A stretch of DNA of 64,000 nt from Lachnospiraceae bacterium (GTDB lineage Bacteria > Bacillota > Clostridia > Lachnospirales > Lachnospiraceae), in the NCBI GenBank assembly GCA_030538915.1, contig JAUNTC010000001.1:9256-73255 (forward strand), given 5' to 3'. Position numbers and translations under genes: made by a program. The notes beneath the pieces were generated by a model. The model was not told the DNA's origin and searched no databases. It worked only from the letters and a program-made list of their open reading frames with translations. Shown piece by piece: positions 10,743-22,213 of the stretch (positions are counted from its first letter, which is position 1; each line of letters opens with the position of its first letter).

Positions 10743-12416
10743 TTAAACCTGTTTTGGAACTTCAAGGATTGCTCCTCTGTTTCCGGATGTTACCATAGAA
10801 GCATATCTTGCAAGATAACCTGTTGTAACCTTTGGTTCTCTCGGTGTCCATGCCTCTTTTCTCTTAGAAAGCTCTTCCTCTGATACATCCAGCTCCAGTT
10901 TGAGATTTGGAATATCAATTTTAATAATATCTCCTTCTTCTACAAGTGCGATCGGTCCGCCGACTGCCGCCTCCGGTGAGACATGTCCGATAGATGCACC
11001 TCTGGATGCACCGCTGAAACGTCCGTCTGTAATCAGGGCAACGCTAGATCCGAGTCCCATACCAGCGATTGCAGAAGTCGGATTTAACATCTCTCGCATA
11101 CCAGGACCGCCTTTTGGTCCTTCGTAGCGGATCACAACGACATCTCCCTCTACGATCTTGCCGCCTTTGATTGCTGCGATAGCATCTTCCTCACAGTCAA
11201 AAACTCTGGCCGGTCCTTCATGAACAAGCATCTCATCTACAACTGCAGAACGTTTTACTACACTTCCATCCGGTGCTAAATTTCCTTTTAAAACTGCAAG
11301 ACCGCCGGTCGGTGTATATGGATTGTCAATTGGACGAATGACTTCCGGATTTTTATTTACTGCATCTTTAATATTCTCGCCTACTGTTTTTCCTGTAGCT
11401 GTCATGCACTCTGTATGAAGAAGTCCTTTTTTATTCAGCTCATTCATAACAGCGTACACTCCACCAGCCTCATTTAAATCTTCCATATAAGTTGGACCTG
11501 CCGGTGCCAGATGACAAAGGTTTGGTGTCTTTTCGCTAATACCATTTGCAAAATCAATTTCAAAATCCATTCCAATCTCATGAGCGATCGCCGGAAGATG
11601 AAGCATACTATTTGTGGAACATCCAAGTGCCATATCTACCGTCAGTGCATTTAAAATTGCTTCTTTTGTCATAATATCTCTTGGACGAATATCACGCTCT
11701 AGCATCTCCATCACTTTCATACCTGCATGCTTTGCAAGGCGGATCCTCTCTGAATAAACTGCTGGGATCGTACCATTTCCGCGAAGTCCCATTCCAAGAA
11801 CCTCTGTCAGACAGTTCATACTGTTAGCTGTATACATACCGGAACAGGATCCACAAGTCGGACACACTTTATTTTCAAATTCACACAATTCTTCATCTGT
11901 GATCGTTCCTGCCGCATTCGCTCCTACTGCTTCAAACATACTGGAAAGACTTCTCTTTTGTCCTTTTACATGTCCTGCAAGCATTGGACCACCGCTTACA
12001 AATACAGTCGGTACGTTAATTCTTGCCGCTGCCATCAAAAGTCCCGGTACATTTTTATCGCAGTTTGGTACCATGACAAGTGCATCAAACTGGTGTGCCA
12101 TTGCCATCGCTTCCGTAGAATCTGCGATGAGATCTCTCGTTACAAGCGAATATTTCATTCCGATATGTCCCATAGCAATTCCGTCACACACAGCAATTGC
12201 CGGAAATACGATTGGTGTTCCACCTGCCATTGCAACACCTTGTTTTACTGCATTTACAATCTTATCGAGGTTCATATGCCCCGGCACAATCTCATTGTAG
12301 GAGCTTACGATACCTACGAGCGGTCTTTGCATCTCCTCTTCTGTAAGTCCAAGCGCATGAAATAAAGAACGATGCGGCGCCTGCTGTTTTCCTTTTGTTA
12401 CTGTATCACTTCTCAT
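10743..12416 (-). CDS. ilvD: Dihydroxy-acid dehydratase
   Basis: [28 protein letters not shown]. Confidence 0.97.
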   Translation of the reverse strand: MRSDTVTKGKQQAPHRSLFHALGLTEEEMQRPLVGIVSSYNEIVPGHMNLDKIVNAVKQGVAMAGGTPIVFPAIAVCDGIAMGHIGMKYSLVTRDLIADSTEAMAMAHQFDALVMVPNCDKNVPGLLMAAARINVPTVFVSGGPMLAGHVKGQKRSLSSMFEAVGANAAGTITDEELCEFENKVCPTCGSCSGMYTANSMNCLTEVLGMGLRGNGTIPAVYSERIRLAKHAGMKVMEMLERDIRPRDIMTKEAILNALTVDMALGCSTNSMLHLPAIAHEIGMDFEIDFANGISEKTPNLCHLAPAGPTYMEDLNEAGGVYAVMNELNKKGLLHTECMTATGKTVGENIKDAVNKNPEVIRPIDNPYTPTGGLAVLKGNLAPDGSVVKRSAVVDEMLVHEGPARVFDCEEDAIAAIKGGKIVEGDVVVIRYEGPKGGPGMREMLNPTSAIAGMGLGSSVALITDGRFSGASRGASIGHVSPEAAVGGPIALVEEGDIIKIDIPNLKLELDVSEEELSKRKEAWTPREPKVTTGYLARYASMVTSGNRGAILEVPKQV

Positions 12417-12454
12417 GTTATCTCCTCCTGTAGCTCTATATTTTCAATGTCAGA

Positions 12455-13540
12455 TTATTCGATATATCCTGCGATGAGATCACCCATCTTCTCTGTTCCT
12501 ACCTGTGTTTTTCCTTCCGACATAATATCGATTGTCCGGAAGCCTTCCTTTAACACTTTCTCAACTGCCTGCTCAATCGCATCTGCCTCTTTATCAAGAT
12601 CAAAGCTGAACCTTAACATCATAGCAGCTGAAAGAATGGTTGCGATTGGATTGGCAATTCCTTTCCCCGCAATATCTGGTGCCGATCCGCCACTTGGCTC
12701 ATATAATCCAAATTTTGTCTCATTAAGACTTGCACTGGCTAACATTCCAATGGAACCTGTCACCATGCTCGCTTCATCAGATAGAATATCTCCAAACATA
12801 TTTTCCGTCAGTACTACATCAAACTGCTTCGGATCTTTCACTAACTGCATTGCACAATTGTCAACAAGCATATGCTCTAATGTCACTTCCGGATAATCCT
12901 TTGCAACCTCTTCTACTACTTTTCTCCAAAGTCTGGAAGAATCCAGAACGTTTGCTTTATCCACACTTGTCACTTTTCCTCGTCTCTTCATTGCAATATC
13001 AAATCCGCGTTTTGCAATTCTTCGAATCTCATTTTCATTGTAAGTAAGGGAATCATGAGCTGTCAGCACACCGTCTTCTTCTACGGTCTGTCTTTTTCCG
13101 AAATAAAGGCCTCCGGTGAGCTCACGCATGATCATCAGGTCAAATCCACCTTCTGTAATCTCTTCTTTTAAAGGACATGCACCTTTTAATTCATCGTAAA
13201 GAATCGCTGGTCTTAAATTTGCGAAAAGATTTAATTCTTTACGGATTTTAAGAAGTCCGGCTTCCGGTCTCTTAGATGGCTCCAGTTGATACCATGGTGA
13301 AGTTTTTGCATCTCCTCCGATGGAACCCATCAGGATTGCATCACTTTTTTTTGCCTGCAAAATAGTCTCGTCTGTAAGAGGGATTCCATTCACATTAATA
13401 GATGCACCGCCCATAAGCAGTTGTGTATAATTGCAAGTATGCCCATAAACTCCTGCAACTTTATCAAGGACCTTCATCGCTTCCGTCACGATCTCCGGTC
13501 CGATCCCATCACCTTTGATCACACCTATATTCAGCTTCAT
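12455..13540 (-). CDS. leuB: 3-isopropylmalate dehydrogenase
   Basis: GDGIGPE, VDKANVL, NMFGDILSDEAS, YEPSGGSAPDIAG; start chosen by RBS spacing. Confidence 0.96.
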   Translation of the reverse strand: MKLNIGVIKGDGIGPEIVTEAMKVLDKVAGVYGHTCNYTQLLMGGASINVNGIPLTDETILQAKKSDAILMGSIGGDAKTSPWYQLEPSKRPEAGLLKIRKELNLFANLRPAILYDELKGACPLKEEITEGGFDLMIMRELTGGLYFGKRQTVEEDGVLTAHDSLTYNENEIRRIAKRGFDIAMKRRGKVTSVDKANVLDSSRLWRKVVEEVAKDYPEVTLEHMLVDNCAMQLVKDPKQFDVVLTENMFGDILSDEASMVTGSIGMLASASLNETKFGLYEPSGGSAPDIAGKGIANPIATILSAAMMLRFSFDLDKEADAIEQAVEKVLKEGFRTIDIMSEGKTQVGTEKMGDLIAGYIE

Positions 13541-13561
13541 AATCATCAACCTTCCTTTATA

Positions 13562-13666
13562 AATTTAAGAGTGCTTTCGGGTATCAACATCTTATATATG
13601 AAGTCTCCTACACATTCAGCTTGCAAAGATGTTCTACCGCAAAAACAGAGTACACTCCATTAAATT
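13562..13666 (-). promoter_or_regulatory. Structured 5' leader of leuB-ilvD-ilvB (putative cis-regulatory RNA)
   Basis: Nested inverted repeats 13562-13573/13653-13666 and 13580-13593/13626-13638 between promoter and RBS. Confidence 0.5.
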
Positions 13667-13682
13667 GAGTAATATACAACAT

Positions 13683-13711
13683 ATAATATCTTATTTTTAT
13701 TCAGGTTTCAA
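13683..13711 (-). promoter_or_regulatory. Sigma-A promoter of the leuB operon
   Basis: TTGAAA-17 nt-TATTAT. Confidence 0.6.
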
Positions 13712-13729
13712 GACTTTAATACGCTAAAT

Positions 13730-14800
13730 TTACAAATCATCTGCTCCAAATCCTGCCGGAAACAGTTCTGACAATGTGTAAACCCTGTATTCTTCAACAC
13801 TTTTCGCAAGAATCACTTCGAATTTATCCGGATCTGTAAATTCCTGCATAACCTGTCGGCACACGCCACACGGTGGGCAATATGCATGCATTCCATCTGT
13901 ATTTTCATTCACTATGCAGATTTTTGAAAATGCTCTTTCTCCCTCGCTGATAGCTTTGAAAAATGCTGTCCGTTCCGCACAGTTGCTCGGCGAATACGCT
14001 GCATTTTCAATGTTACATCCGGTATAAATTTCCCCTTTATCCGTCTGAAGCGCAGCTGCAACTTTAAATCCGGAATACGGAGAATAAGAATATTTCAAAG
14101 TGGAAAATGCTTTCTCGATCAGCTGCTTCATTTCCTTGTTCTCATCATTTTTCGGCTCTTTGACCAGCTTGATGATACGGCTTGTTCCAAGTCTGTCCGC
14201 ACCTAGCTCTATAAATTTTTCAGCGTCTTCCAATGACTGTATACCGCCGGCTGCTTTAATCTTCACATTTTCACCAACATGCGTTTTAAAAAGACGGATA
14301 TCTTCAAATGTTGCACCGCCTCCGGCAAACCCAGTGGAAGTTTTAATGAAATCTGCTCCGGCAGCCGTAACACATTCACACATTTTTATTTTTTCTTCTT
14401 CTGTCAGAAGGCAGGTCTCGATGATGACTTTTAAAATATGTGTACCAATTGCTTCTTTTATTTCTTTTATCTCATTTTCGATTTTCTCATAATATCCATC
14501 TTTTACCCAGCCGACATTGATAACCATATCAATCTCATCTGCACCGTTGGCTACTGCATCTTTCGCCTCTTCTATTTTTATCTTTGTGGTGCTATATCCA
14601 TTCGGAAATCCAATCACCGTACAGACAGCCATGTCCGTTTGCACATATTCTTTTGCTTTTTTTACATAGCATGCCGGTATGCATACCGACGCGGTTTTAT
14701 ATTTTATCGCATCATCACATATGTTTCTTATCTCTTCCCATGTCGCACTCTGCTTAAGAAGTGTATGATCGACTTTGCTAAGTATCTGTTTTATATCCAT
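13730..14800 (-). CDS. deoC-cdd: Fusion of deoxyribose-phosphate aldolase (DeoC) and cytidine deaminase (Cdd)
   Basis: N-terminal [33 protein letters not shown]; C-terminal YSPYS, NIENAAY, CAERTA, PCGVCRQ. Confidence 0.93.
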   Translation of the reverse strand: MDIKQILSKVDHTLLKQSATWEEIRNICDDAIKYKTASVCIPACYVKKAKEYVQTDMAVCTVIGFPNGYSTTKIKIEEAKDAVANGADEIDMVINVGWVKDGYYEKIENEIKEIKEAIGTHILKVIIETCLLTEEEKIKMCECVTAAGADFIKTSTGFAGGGATFEDIRLFKTHVGENVKIKAAGGIQSLEDAEKFIELGADRLGTSRIIKLVKEPKNDENKEMKQLIEKAFSTLKYSYSPYSGFKVAAALQTDKGEIYTGCNIENAAYSPSNCAERTAFFKAISEGERAFSKICIVNENTDGMHAYCPPCGVCRQVMQEFTDPDKFEVILAKSVEEYRVYTLSELFPAGFGADDL

Positions 14801-14815
14801 CTGCTTCGCTCCTTT

Positions 14816-15592
14816 TTATTTTTGATCCTGTTGAATCAGCTCTCGTATTGCTGACACTGCTACACGAATTGGAAGTTCCGTGTCATGAACGACTGGATTA
14901 TCTAATCCTTCTTTTGCTCGTTCCTGGTTCGCCATTACTAAAAGCACCGTCCCGACGCGTACATGCAAATATCCTCCTACTATATATAATGCTGCCGATT
15001 CCATCTCAGAAGCCAGACATCCCATCCGTTTCCAAGCTTCCCATTTATTCGTCAATTCGTAGCTGACTGGTTTGATATCCGGAGAATGCTGACCATAAAA
15101 AGAGTCTTTGCATTCCACAACACCAACATGATACGGAAGTTCCATTTTCTTTGCCGCCTGAAGCAGTGCGTTTGTCACTTCAATATCTGCCACTGCCGGG
15201 TACTCGATCGGTGCATATTCCTTACTTGTTCCCTCCATACGGATTGCACCGGTTGCGATGACAAGATCTCCGCTTTTCACAGAAAGATCCATTCCACCAC
15301 TTGTGCCGACACGGATAAATGTGTCTGCTCCGGCTTTCACAAGCTCCTCCATAGCGATCGCAGCTGACGGACCACCAATCCCTGTAGATGTCACGCTTAC
15401 TTTCACTCCGTCAACGGTACCTGTATATGTCACAAATTCTCTACTGTCTGCAATCAATTTTGCATTATCTAAATGCTTGGCAATCTTTTCACAGCGCTTC
15501 GGGTCTCCTGGAAGGATCACATATTTCCCCACTTCTCCCGGTGCAACCTGGATATGATACTGTCTATTTGGATCTTCTGAATAATTGATCAT
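14816..15592 (-). CDS. udp: Uridine phosphorylase
   Basis: [33 protein letters not shown]; start MINYSED after GGAGG RBS. Confidence 0.93.
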   Translation of the reverse strand: MINYSEDPNRQYHIQVAPGEVGKYVILPGDPKRCEKIAKHLDNAKLIADSREFVTYTGTVDGVKVSVTSTGIGGPSAAIAMEELVKAGADTFIRVGTSGGMDLSVKSGDLVIATGAIRMEGTSKEYAPIEYPAVADIEVTNALLQAAKKMELPYHVGVVECKDSFYGQHSPDIKPVSYELTNKWEAWKRMGCLASEMESAALYIVGGYLHVRVGTVLLVMANQERAKEGLDNPVVHDTELPIRVAVSAIRELIQQDQK

Positions 15593-15698
15593 AGAAAAAA
15601 CCTCCTTTTTTCCATCTGTAATGTATGCCACTACTTTATTTCCCCCATTATAGCACTTTTTCCTCTGTCCCTCTACAATCATCATTTTCTCTAAAACT

Positions 15699-15775
15699 AA
15701 AAAAGGTCCACCGGACCTTTTTGTCGTATGCTTGGCAACAAAAAAGCGAGATACGATTCAAAAATCATATCCCGC
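15699..15775 (-). terminator. Two hairpins after pflA (terminators)
   Basis: AAAAAGGTCC-ACC-GGACCTTTTT at 15699-15722, plus an imperfect stem at 15740-15775 with U-tract on minus strand. Confidence 0.7.
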
Positions 15776-15782
15776 AAAAAAT

Positions 15783-16526
15783 CTACGATATACTGTATTT
15801 GGAAGTTTCCAAAATCTCATTGGCATTTTTAATTCGCTCCTGCGAAGGTGGATTAATTCCTTTCAGTTCGTAAGGAATTCCAAGTTCTTCCCACTTATAC
15901 ATACCAAGCGTATGATATGGCAGAACCTCTACACGCTCCACGTGATCTAGTCCTTCGATAAAATCATGCAGTCTGCGCAAATACTCATCCTTGTCACTTC
16001 GCTCAGGCACAAGCACGTGACGGATCCACATCGATTTTCCAGTATCAGACAAATATTTTGCCATATCTAGAATATTCTTATTCGTATGACCGGTAAGGAT
16101 CTTATGCTGCTCCTCATCTATATGTTTGATATCCAGCATAACAAGGTCTGTTACTTCCATTAATTTTTTAAATTTTGAAAAGAACGGTTCCGTTCTTGTA
16201 AATGGGTTTCCACAAGTATCAAGCGTTGTATGGACCCCTTTTTCTTTTGCTTTTGTAAAGAGCTCAAGCAGAAAATCAATCTGCAATAAAGGCTCTCCTC
16301 CACTGACGGTAATACCGCCCTTACTTCCCCAGTAAGAGCTGTATCTCAATGCTTTTTCAAGCAGTTCATCTGCTTCATAAGGCGTTCCCGCCTGCATATT
16401 CCAGGTGTCCGGATTGTGACAGAACTGGCAGCGCATTGCGCAGCCGGACATAAAGATCACATAACGCACTCCCGGTCCGTCAACGGAGCCAAAACTTTCC
16501 AGAGAATGGATATATCCTTTCGTCAT
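15783..16526 (-). CDS. pflA: Pyruvate formate-lyase activating enzyme
   Basis: ESFGSVDGPG, CAMRCQFCHNPD, SGGEP; follows pflB. Confidence 0.97.
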   Translation of the reverse strand: MTKGYIHSLESFGSVDGPGVRYVIFMSGCAMRCQFCHNPDTWNMQAGTPYEADELLEKALRYSSYWGSKGGITVSGGEPLLQIDFLLELFTKAKEKGVHTTLDTCGNPFTRTEPFFSKFKKLMEVTDLVMLDIKHIDEEQHKILTGHTNKNILDMAKYLSDTGKSMWIRHVLVPERSDKDEYLRRLHDFIEGLDHVERVEVLPYHTLGMYKWEELGIPYELKGINPPSQERIKNANEILETSKYSIS

Positions 16527-16566
16527 CGTTTTTGCTCCTTAAATATCGTTAAAATTGGTTTTTAAA

Positions 16567-18819
16567 TTACATCTGCTCGTGGCATGTTCTTGAAATTACA
16601 TCAAGCTGCTGCTCGCGAGTCAGGTCGATGAATTTTACTGCATAACCAGATACACGGATTGTAAAGTTTGCATATTCTGGTTTCTCTGGGTGCTCCATAG
16701 CGTCACGCAGTTTCTCAACACCAAATACGTTTACGTTCAGGTGGTGTGCTCCTCTGTCGAAGTAACCATCCATTACGTGTACAAGGTTTTCTTTTCTCTC
16801 CTCATCACTGTGTCCGAGTGCACCTGGGTTGATTGTCTGTGTATTAGAAATACCGTCAAGTGCCAGCTCGTAAGGAAGTTTAGCAACAGAGTTAAGAGAA
16901 GCTAAAAGTCCGCTCTTCTCTGCGCCGTATGATGGGTTTGCACCTGGAGATAATGGTTCTCCAGCCTTTCTTCCATCCGGAAGAGATCCTGTTGCTTTAC
17001 CATATACAACGTTTGAAGTAATAGTAAGGATTGATGTTGTCGGCATAGAATTTCTATATGTATGGCATTTGTTTAATTTGTGCATAAATGTTTTCAGAAG
17101 CCAGATTGCCATATCATCTGCACGGTCATCATCGTTACCGTATTTCGGGAAGTCTCCTTCGATTTCGAAATCTGTTGTAACGCCGTCTTCATCACGGATT
17201 GCTTTTACTTTCGCATATTTGATCGCGCAAAGTGAATCTACTACGTGAGAGAATCCTGCGATACCTGTTGCGAAAGAACGTTTTACATCTGTGTCGATAA
17301 GAGACATCTGTGCAGCTTCATAATAATATTTGTCATGCATGTAGTGGATCATGTTCAATGTATCTACGTACAGTTTACTTAACCACTCCATCATTTCGTC
17401 ATATCTTTCCATTACTTCATCGAAGTCAAGATATTCAGATGTGATCGGTCTGTAAGCCGGTGCCACCTGTACTTTGCTCTTCTCATCAATACCACCATTG
17501 ATTGCGTATAACAGACACTTAGCAAGGTTTGCACGTGCTCCGAAGAACTGCATCTCTTTTCCTGTCTCTGTTGCAGATACGCAGCAGCAGATTGAATAGT
17601 CATCGCCCCATACCGGACGCATAACATCATCGTTCTCATACTGGATAGAACTTGTCTCTACAGAAATTAATGCCGCAAATTTCTTGAAGTTCTCTGGCAG
17701 TCTTGATGAATATAATACTGTAAGGTTCGGCTCTGGTGAAGGTCCCATGTTCTTTAATGTATGTAAGAAACGATAGTCGTTCTTTGTTACCATAGAACGT
17801 CCATCCTGTCCAAGTCCTGCCACTTCCAGAGTTGCCCATGTCGGATCTCCTGAGAATAACTCGTTGTAAGATGGGATTCTTGCAAACTTAACCATACGGA
17901 ATTTCATTACCATGTGGTCAATAAGCTCCTGAGCTTCTTTCTCTGTAAGTGTTCCGTTTTTAAGATCTCTATCAATATAAATGTCAAGGAATGTAGAAAT
18001 ACGTCCAACACTCATTGCAGCACCGTTCTGAGTCTTGATTGCTGCAAGGTATCCAAAGTACAGCCACTGTACTGCTTCTCTTGCATCTTTCGCCGGCTCA
18101 GAAATATCAAATCCGTATACAGCTGCCATCTCTTTCATTTCTTTCAGAGCTTTGATCTGATCTGCAAGCTCTTCACGAAGACGGAAATCTGTTCCTTTCA
18201 TACCATGTCTTGCATAACGCTCGAAGTCATACTGTTTTCTCTCGATAAGGAAATCAATACCATAAAGAGCGATACGACGGTAATCGCCTACGATACGTCC
18301 TCTTCCGTATGTATCCGGAAGACCTGTAATGATCTTATTGTGTCTTGCTTTCTTCATCTCAGGTGTATAGATATCGAATACTCCCTGGTTGTGTGTTTTA
18401 TGATATTTTGTAAAGATTTCGTGCAATTTTTCGCTTGGCTGGTATCCATAAGTTGTACAAGCCTGCTCAGCCATCTTAATTCCACCGTAAGGCATAAATG
18501 CTCTCTTAAGCGGTTTGTCTGTCTGAAGTCCAACTACTTTCTCAAGATCCTTTGTCTCCTCACTGATATATCCCGGGCCATAAGCTGTAAGTCCGGATAC
18601 AACTTCTGTTTCCATATCAAGGACGCCACCTTTTGCACGCTCCTCTTTCTGTAACTCCTGAAGTTTTCCCCATAAGGTATTTGTTGCTTCTGTAGGATCT
18701 TCCAGGAAGGACTCATCTCCTTCATACGGTGTATAGTTTTCCTGAATAAAATCTCTTACATCTACGGAATGTCTCCAATTCTCTCCTGAGAATCCTTCCC
18801 ACTGTTTACGCTGTGTCAT
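16567..18819 (-). CDS. pflB: Pyruvate formate-lyase (glycyl radical enzyme)
   Basis: SICCCVS active-site cysteines; IRVSGYAV glycyl radical motif. Confidence 0.98.
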   Translation of the reverse strand: MTQRKQWEGFSGENWRHSVDVRDFIQENYTPYEGDESFLEDPTEATNTLWGKLQELQKEERAKGGVLDMETEVVSGLTAYGPGYISEETKDLEKVVGLQTDKPLKRAFMPYGGIKMAEQACTTYGYQPSEKLHEIFTKYHKTHNQGVFDIYTPEMKKARHNKIITGLPDTYGRGRIVGDYRRIALYGIDFLIERKQYDFERYARHGMKGTDFRLREELADQIKALKEMKEMAAVYGFDISEPAKDAREAVQWLYFGYLAAIKTQNGAAMSVGRISTFLDIYIDRDLKNGTLTEKEAQELIDHMVMKFRMVKFARIPSYNELFSGDPTWATLEVAGLGQDGRSMVTKNDYRFLHTLKNMGPSPEPNLTVLYSSRLPENFKKFAALISVETSSIQYENDDVMRPVWGDDYSICCCVSATETGKEMQFFGARANLAKCLLYAINGGIDEKSKVQVAPAYRPITSEYLDFDEVMERYDEMMEWLSKLYVDTLNMIHYMHDKYYYEAAQMSLIDTDVKRSFATGIAGFSHVVDSLCAIKYAKVKAIRDEDGVTTDFEIEGDFPKYGNDDDRADDMAIWLLKTFMHKLNKCHTYRNSMPTTSILTITSNVVYGKATGSLPDGRKAGEPLSPGANPSYGAEKSGLLASLNSVAKLPYELALDGISNTQTINPGALGHSDEERKENLVHVMDGYFDRGAHHLNVNVFGVEKLRDAMEHPEKPEYANFTIRVSGYAVKFIDLTREQQLDVISRTCHEQM

Positions 18820-18863
18820 TGCACATACTCCTTTCATCCTTTATTATCTCTTTGTCGTTGCCA

Positions 18864-18892
18864 AGTATATCATCTAGTGAATAAAATAGCAA
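18864..18892 (-). promoter_or_regulatory. pflB promoter with overlapping Rex-like site (18875-18892)
   Basis: TTGCTA-17 nt-TATACT; TAGTGAATAAAATAGCAA resembles TTGTGAA-N4-TTCACAA with mismatches. Confidence 0.5.
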
Positions 18893-18901
18893 GCGTATAA
18901 T

Positions 18902-18916
18902 TGATAATCGTTCTCA
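18902..18916. promoter_or_regulatory. Fur-family 7-1-7 box upstream of pflB
   Basis: TGATAATCGTTCTCA vs TGATAATnATTATCA (2 mismatches). Confidence 0.5.
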
Positions 18917-18986
18917 GAATATACGATGTATCTCATTTTGTGCAATTATGCCTATTTTTCGGGCAATAATTGTATTTTGAGCAATA

Positions 18987-19013
18987 CAAAAGGACGTCTT
19001 TTTAGACGTCCTT
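18987..19013 (-). terminator. Terminator after yajC
   Basis: AAGGACGTCT...AGACGTCCTT with U-tract on minus strand. Confidence 0.8.
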
Positions 19014-19027
19014 AACAAAATTCATTA

Positions 19028-19333
19028 TTATTCAGCAGTAACTTTTTCAACCTGTGCGATTGCTGCTTTCTGCATTGGAATACGGCAGTTCTTGTTATTA
19101 CCAAATTCTACGATAAGATCATCATCACTGATATCAATGATTGTTCCGTAGAAACCGCTTGTTGTAAGAACTGTATCTCCTACTTCCATATCTGCGATCA
19201 TAGACTGTACTCTCTTCTGCTCTTTCTTCTGTGGTCTGATGAATAAAAACCAGAATCCACCAAAGATCAGTGCATATATTAAAATCAGTACACCCCAGTT
19301 TGCCTGTGAACTCTGTGCTGCTAATGTAAACAT
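19028..19333 (-). CDS. yajC: Preprotein translocase subunit YajC
   Basis: Single TM followed by IRPQKK and GDTVLTTSGFYG; follows tgt. Confidence 0.92.
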   Translation of the reverse strand: MFTLAAQSSQANWGVLILIYALIFGGFWFLFIRPQKKEQKRVQSMIADMEVGDTVLTTSGFYGTIIDISDDDLIVEFGNNKNCRIPMQKAAIAQVEKVTAE

Positions 19334-19405
19334 ATCTTTTCCTCCTAATATTTTCAAACACTATTGCTATCATACACAATAATGCAGGCTCTAGCAAGTT
19401 TTTTT

Positions 19406-20557
19406 CTATATTTTCATAGATTTTTTACAATTTTTTCCTGTCACTGCCGCAAGCTTCCATTCCTTGTATTCTTTGTATCTGCCCTCATCGATAGCTGCTC
19501 TGATTTCTTCCATCATATTATTATAAAAATACAGATTATGAAGAACACAAAGACGCATGCCAAGCATCTCTTTCGCTTTCAGAAGATGACGGATATATGC
19601 TCTTGAATAAGAACGACATGCCGGACACTGGCATCCTTCTTCAATTGGTCTGTCGTCTAATTCAAATTTTGCATTGAATAGATTCAACTTACCATGATTT
19701 GTATACACATGCCCATGTCTTCCATTACGGCTTGGATATACGCAGTCAAAGAAATCTACACCACGATCGACTGCTTCTAATATATTCGCCGGTGTTCCAA
19801 CTCCCATAAGATAAGTTGGCTTGTTCTCCGGAAGATGTGGTACAACTGCATCTAAGATGCGATACATCTCTTCATGAGACTCACCTACAGCCAGTCCACC
19901 GATCGCATATCCGTCCAGATCAAGTTTTGAAATTTCCTCTGCATGACGAATTCGAATATCTTCATAGATACCACCCTGATTAATTCCAAAAAGCATCTGC
20001 TTTTTGTTGATCGTATCCGGAAGACTGTTCAACCTCTCCATCTCAGCCTTGCAGCGTTTCAGCCATCTCGTCGTACGGTCAACAGAATTTTCCATATACG
20101 CTCGATCTGCCACACTTGGTGGACACTCGTCAAACGCCATAGCGATAGTGGATGCAAGATTGGACTGGATCTGCATACTCTCTTCCGGGCCCATGAAAAT
20201 CTTCTTTCCATCAATATGGGAATTGAAGTAAACGCCTTCTTCTTTAATTCTTCTAAGTCCTGCCAGAGAAAAAACCTGGAATCCGCCAGAGTCCGTAAGG
20301 ATTGGCTTGTCCCAGACCATAAATTTGTGAAGACCTCCCATTTTCTTTACAACCTCATCCCCTGGTCGCACATGAAGATGGTAAGTATTCGAAAGTTCCA
20401 CTTGTGTCTTGATCTGCTGCAGATCATCTGTAGAAACTGCGCCCTTAATTGCAGCTGCTGTTCCTACATTCATAAATACAGGGGTCTCAATGACCCCATG
20501 TACTGTATGAAACCTTCCTCTTTTGGCAAGACCATCTTTTTTTACTAATTCATACAT
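19406..20557 (-). CDS. tgt: tRNA-guanine transglycosylase
   Basis: TPVFM, LTDSGGFQVFS, YLMGVG, CQCPAC zinc site, HNL. Confidence 0.98.
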   Translation of the reverse strand: MYELVKKDGLAKRGRFHTVHGVIETPVFMNVGTAAAIKGAVSTDDLQQIKTQVELSNTYHLHVRPGDEVVKKMGGLHKFMVWDKPILTDSGGFQVFSLAGLRRIKEEGVYFNSHIDGKKIFMGPEESMQIQSNLASTIAMAFDECPPSVADRAYMENSVDRTTRWLKRCKAEMERLNSLPDTINKKQMLFGINQGGIYEDIRIRHAEEISKLDLDGYAIGGLAVGESHEEMYRILDAVVPHLPENKPTYLMGVGTPANILEAVDRGVDFFDCVYPSRNGRHGHVYTNHGKLNLFNAKFELDDRPIEEGCQCPACRSYSRAYIRHLLKAKEMLGMRLCVLHNLYFYNNMMEEIRAAIDEGRYKEYKEWKLAAVTGKNCKKSMKI

Positions 20558-20593
20558 GATCTTATCCTCTTTATTTTCTATTTCTATATTATT

Positions 20594-22213
20594 TTAATTG
20601 TGGCACACAACCGGCACTCCCTGATAAACAAGGTCATACATCTTCGCTGCTGCAGATGTCGGCATATTTACACATCCGTGTGAACCATGTCCTTTATACC
20701 AGGAACCACCAAATGTCGGCTGCCATGAAGCATCATGGAATCCGATGCCTCCATTAAATGGCATCCAGTACTTAACCGGTGCTTCGTAGGAATACGTTCC
20801 ATCCGCTCTTCGTTCACCGCGCAAAACAGCATCTTTCGTCTTATAAGTCAAAGAATATACTCCAGGCGGTGTCTCGTGACCGAGGTTTGGATTACCTGTA
20901 ACAACGTCACTTTTCAGTACAACTTCTCCATTTTTAATAAAATATGCTCTCTGATTTGTCAAATCAACTTCTGCGTAAGTATCTCCGACATCCTGTGAAC
21001 CATGAGAAGCTGCCTTGCTTAAATACTTCGGCTCTCTCTTAACTTCTTTCCCGCTTTCGATATCTTTGATCAGCTCTGCATACTCACTGTCCTGAGCAAT
21101 ACACCATCCATAATCACCACCGGATACTTTTACTCGTTTTCCCGTAGCAGTCTTAATAGTACGTGTCTTTCCTCTTGTATTATACTCATTGGCAAGCTTC
21201 TGAATGTATGCTTTTACTTCCTCTTTATCAAAGGTAACATTCATCTTCTTATCAACTTTGACCCATCCGGAAATTACAGAAGAATCTACAACTTCTGTCT
21301 TTGGACTCATCTTATAAGTAATCTTTGCACCGAGGTAGCTGTTCATCTTCTCCGCTGCCTTTTTTACCTTTGCAGAATCTTTCGTATACTTTGGTGCGAT
21401 ATAACAGCCTGCTTCTTTAAGATCCAATTCTTCAATAAATCCATCCAACGCCTCTGCAACAGCCTCGTTAAACTTCTTTTCATTAATCTCTGTACCGATC
21501 ACTTCCGGCTGCACTTCAAACTTTGGATCAACAAACTTTGGATATGCATTTTTCGATTTGACCTGATTCTTTTTATCCATACAATCAAGATCTTTTAATT
21601 CCTCTGAAAGCTCATCTTCATCGTACTTTACACCTATCTCTGCCTCGATCGTTGGATGATCCCATAAAGATGTGATCCAGAGATAATTATTCTGTTTTTT
21701 TGCACATTTTTTTAACTCATCTGTCTGTACATATTCCAGCGAAATATCAGATCCTTCGATTACTTCTTTGTCGCCATCCGACTCTTTCAGTGTCAATGTA
21801 TAATTATCCACTTCTTTTTTGAAGTTGCTCTCTACCTGACTGACACTTTTCAAAGCCACCTTATTCCCGTTAATCTTTGTATTAAACATAAAATGGTTGC
21901 TAAAATAGAAAGCAAAACCTGCATAGATCACGATTAGAATTCCAACAAGAATTCCTATTACTTTTCCTGCCTGCTTCTTTCTCTTACGTCTCTTGTGTCC
22001 ATTATCAGCAGCCTCGGATACATCATCGTCATCATCCTCATACTCCTCATAAGTCTGATAATCCGCTTCATCCTCACACTCCTCATACGCATCTTCGTCC
22101 TCATACTCCGGCTCATCTACTGCATCACGAACTTTGGACTTTTCAATATCATCATATAATTCACGCATTGTCTCTTCGATGATTTCATCGGCTCTCTTGT
22201 CATTCCTACTCAT
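20594..22213 (-). CDS. Membrane-anchored L,D-transpeptidase (YkuD domain with peptidoglycan-binding domains)
   Basis: Acidic N-terminus, TM helix, C-terminal GIGFHDA...GSHGCVN catalytic motif. Confidence 0.9.
   Translation of the reverse strand: MSRNDKRADEIIEETMRELYDDIEKSKVRDAVDEPEYEDEDAYEECEDEADYQTYEEYEDDDDDVSEAADNGHKRRKRKKQAGKVIGILVGILIVIYAGFAFYFSNHFMFNTKINGNKVALKSVSQVESNFKKEVDNYTLTLKESDGDKEVIEGSDISLEYVQTDELKKCAKKQNNYLWITSLWDHPTIEAEIGVKYDEDELSEELKDLDCMDKKNQVKSKNAYPKFVDPKFEVQPEVIGTEINEKKFNEAVAEALDGFIEELDLKEAGCYIAPKYTKDSAKVKKAAEKMNSYLGAKITYKMSPKTEVVDSSVISGWVKVDKKMNVTFDKEEVKAYIQKLANEYNTRGKTRTIKTATGKRVKVSGGDYGWCIAQDSEYAELIKDIESGKEVKREPKYLSKAASHGSQDVGDTYAEVDLTNQRAYFIKNGEVVLKSDVVTGNPNLGHETPPGVYSLTYKTKDAVLRGERRADGTYSYEAPVKYWMPFNGGIGFHDASWQPTFGGSWYKGHGSHGCVNMPTSAAAKMYDLVYQGVPVVCHN

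Noticed and set aside
13560-13680. T-box or classical leader-peptide attenuator for leuB-ilv
   Set aside because: No T-box antiterminator motif or U-tailed terminator; the short ORF has only two non-adjacent Leu codons
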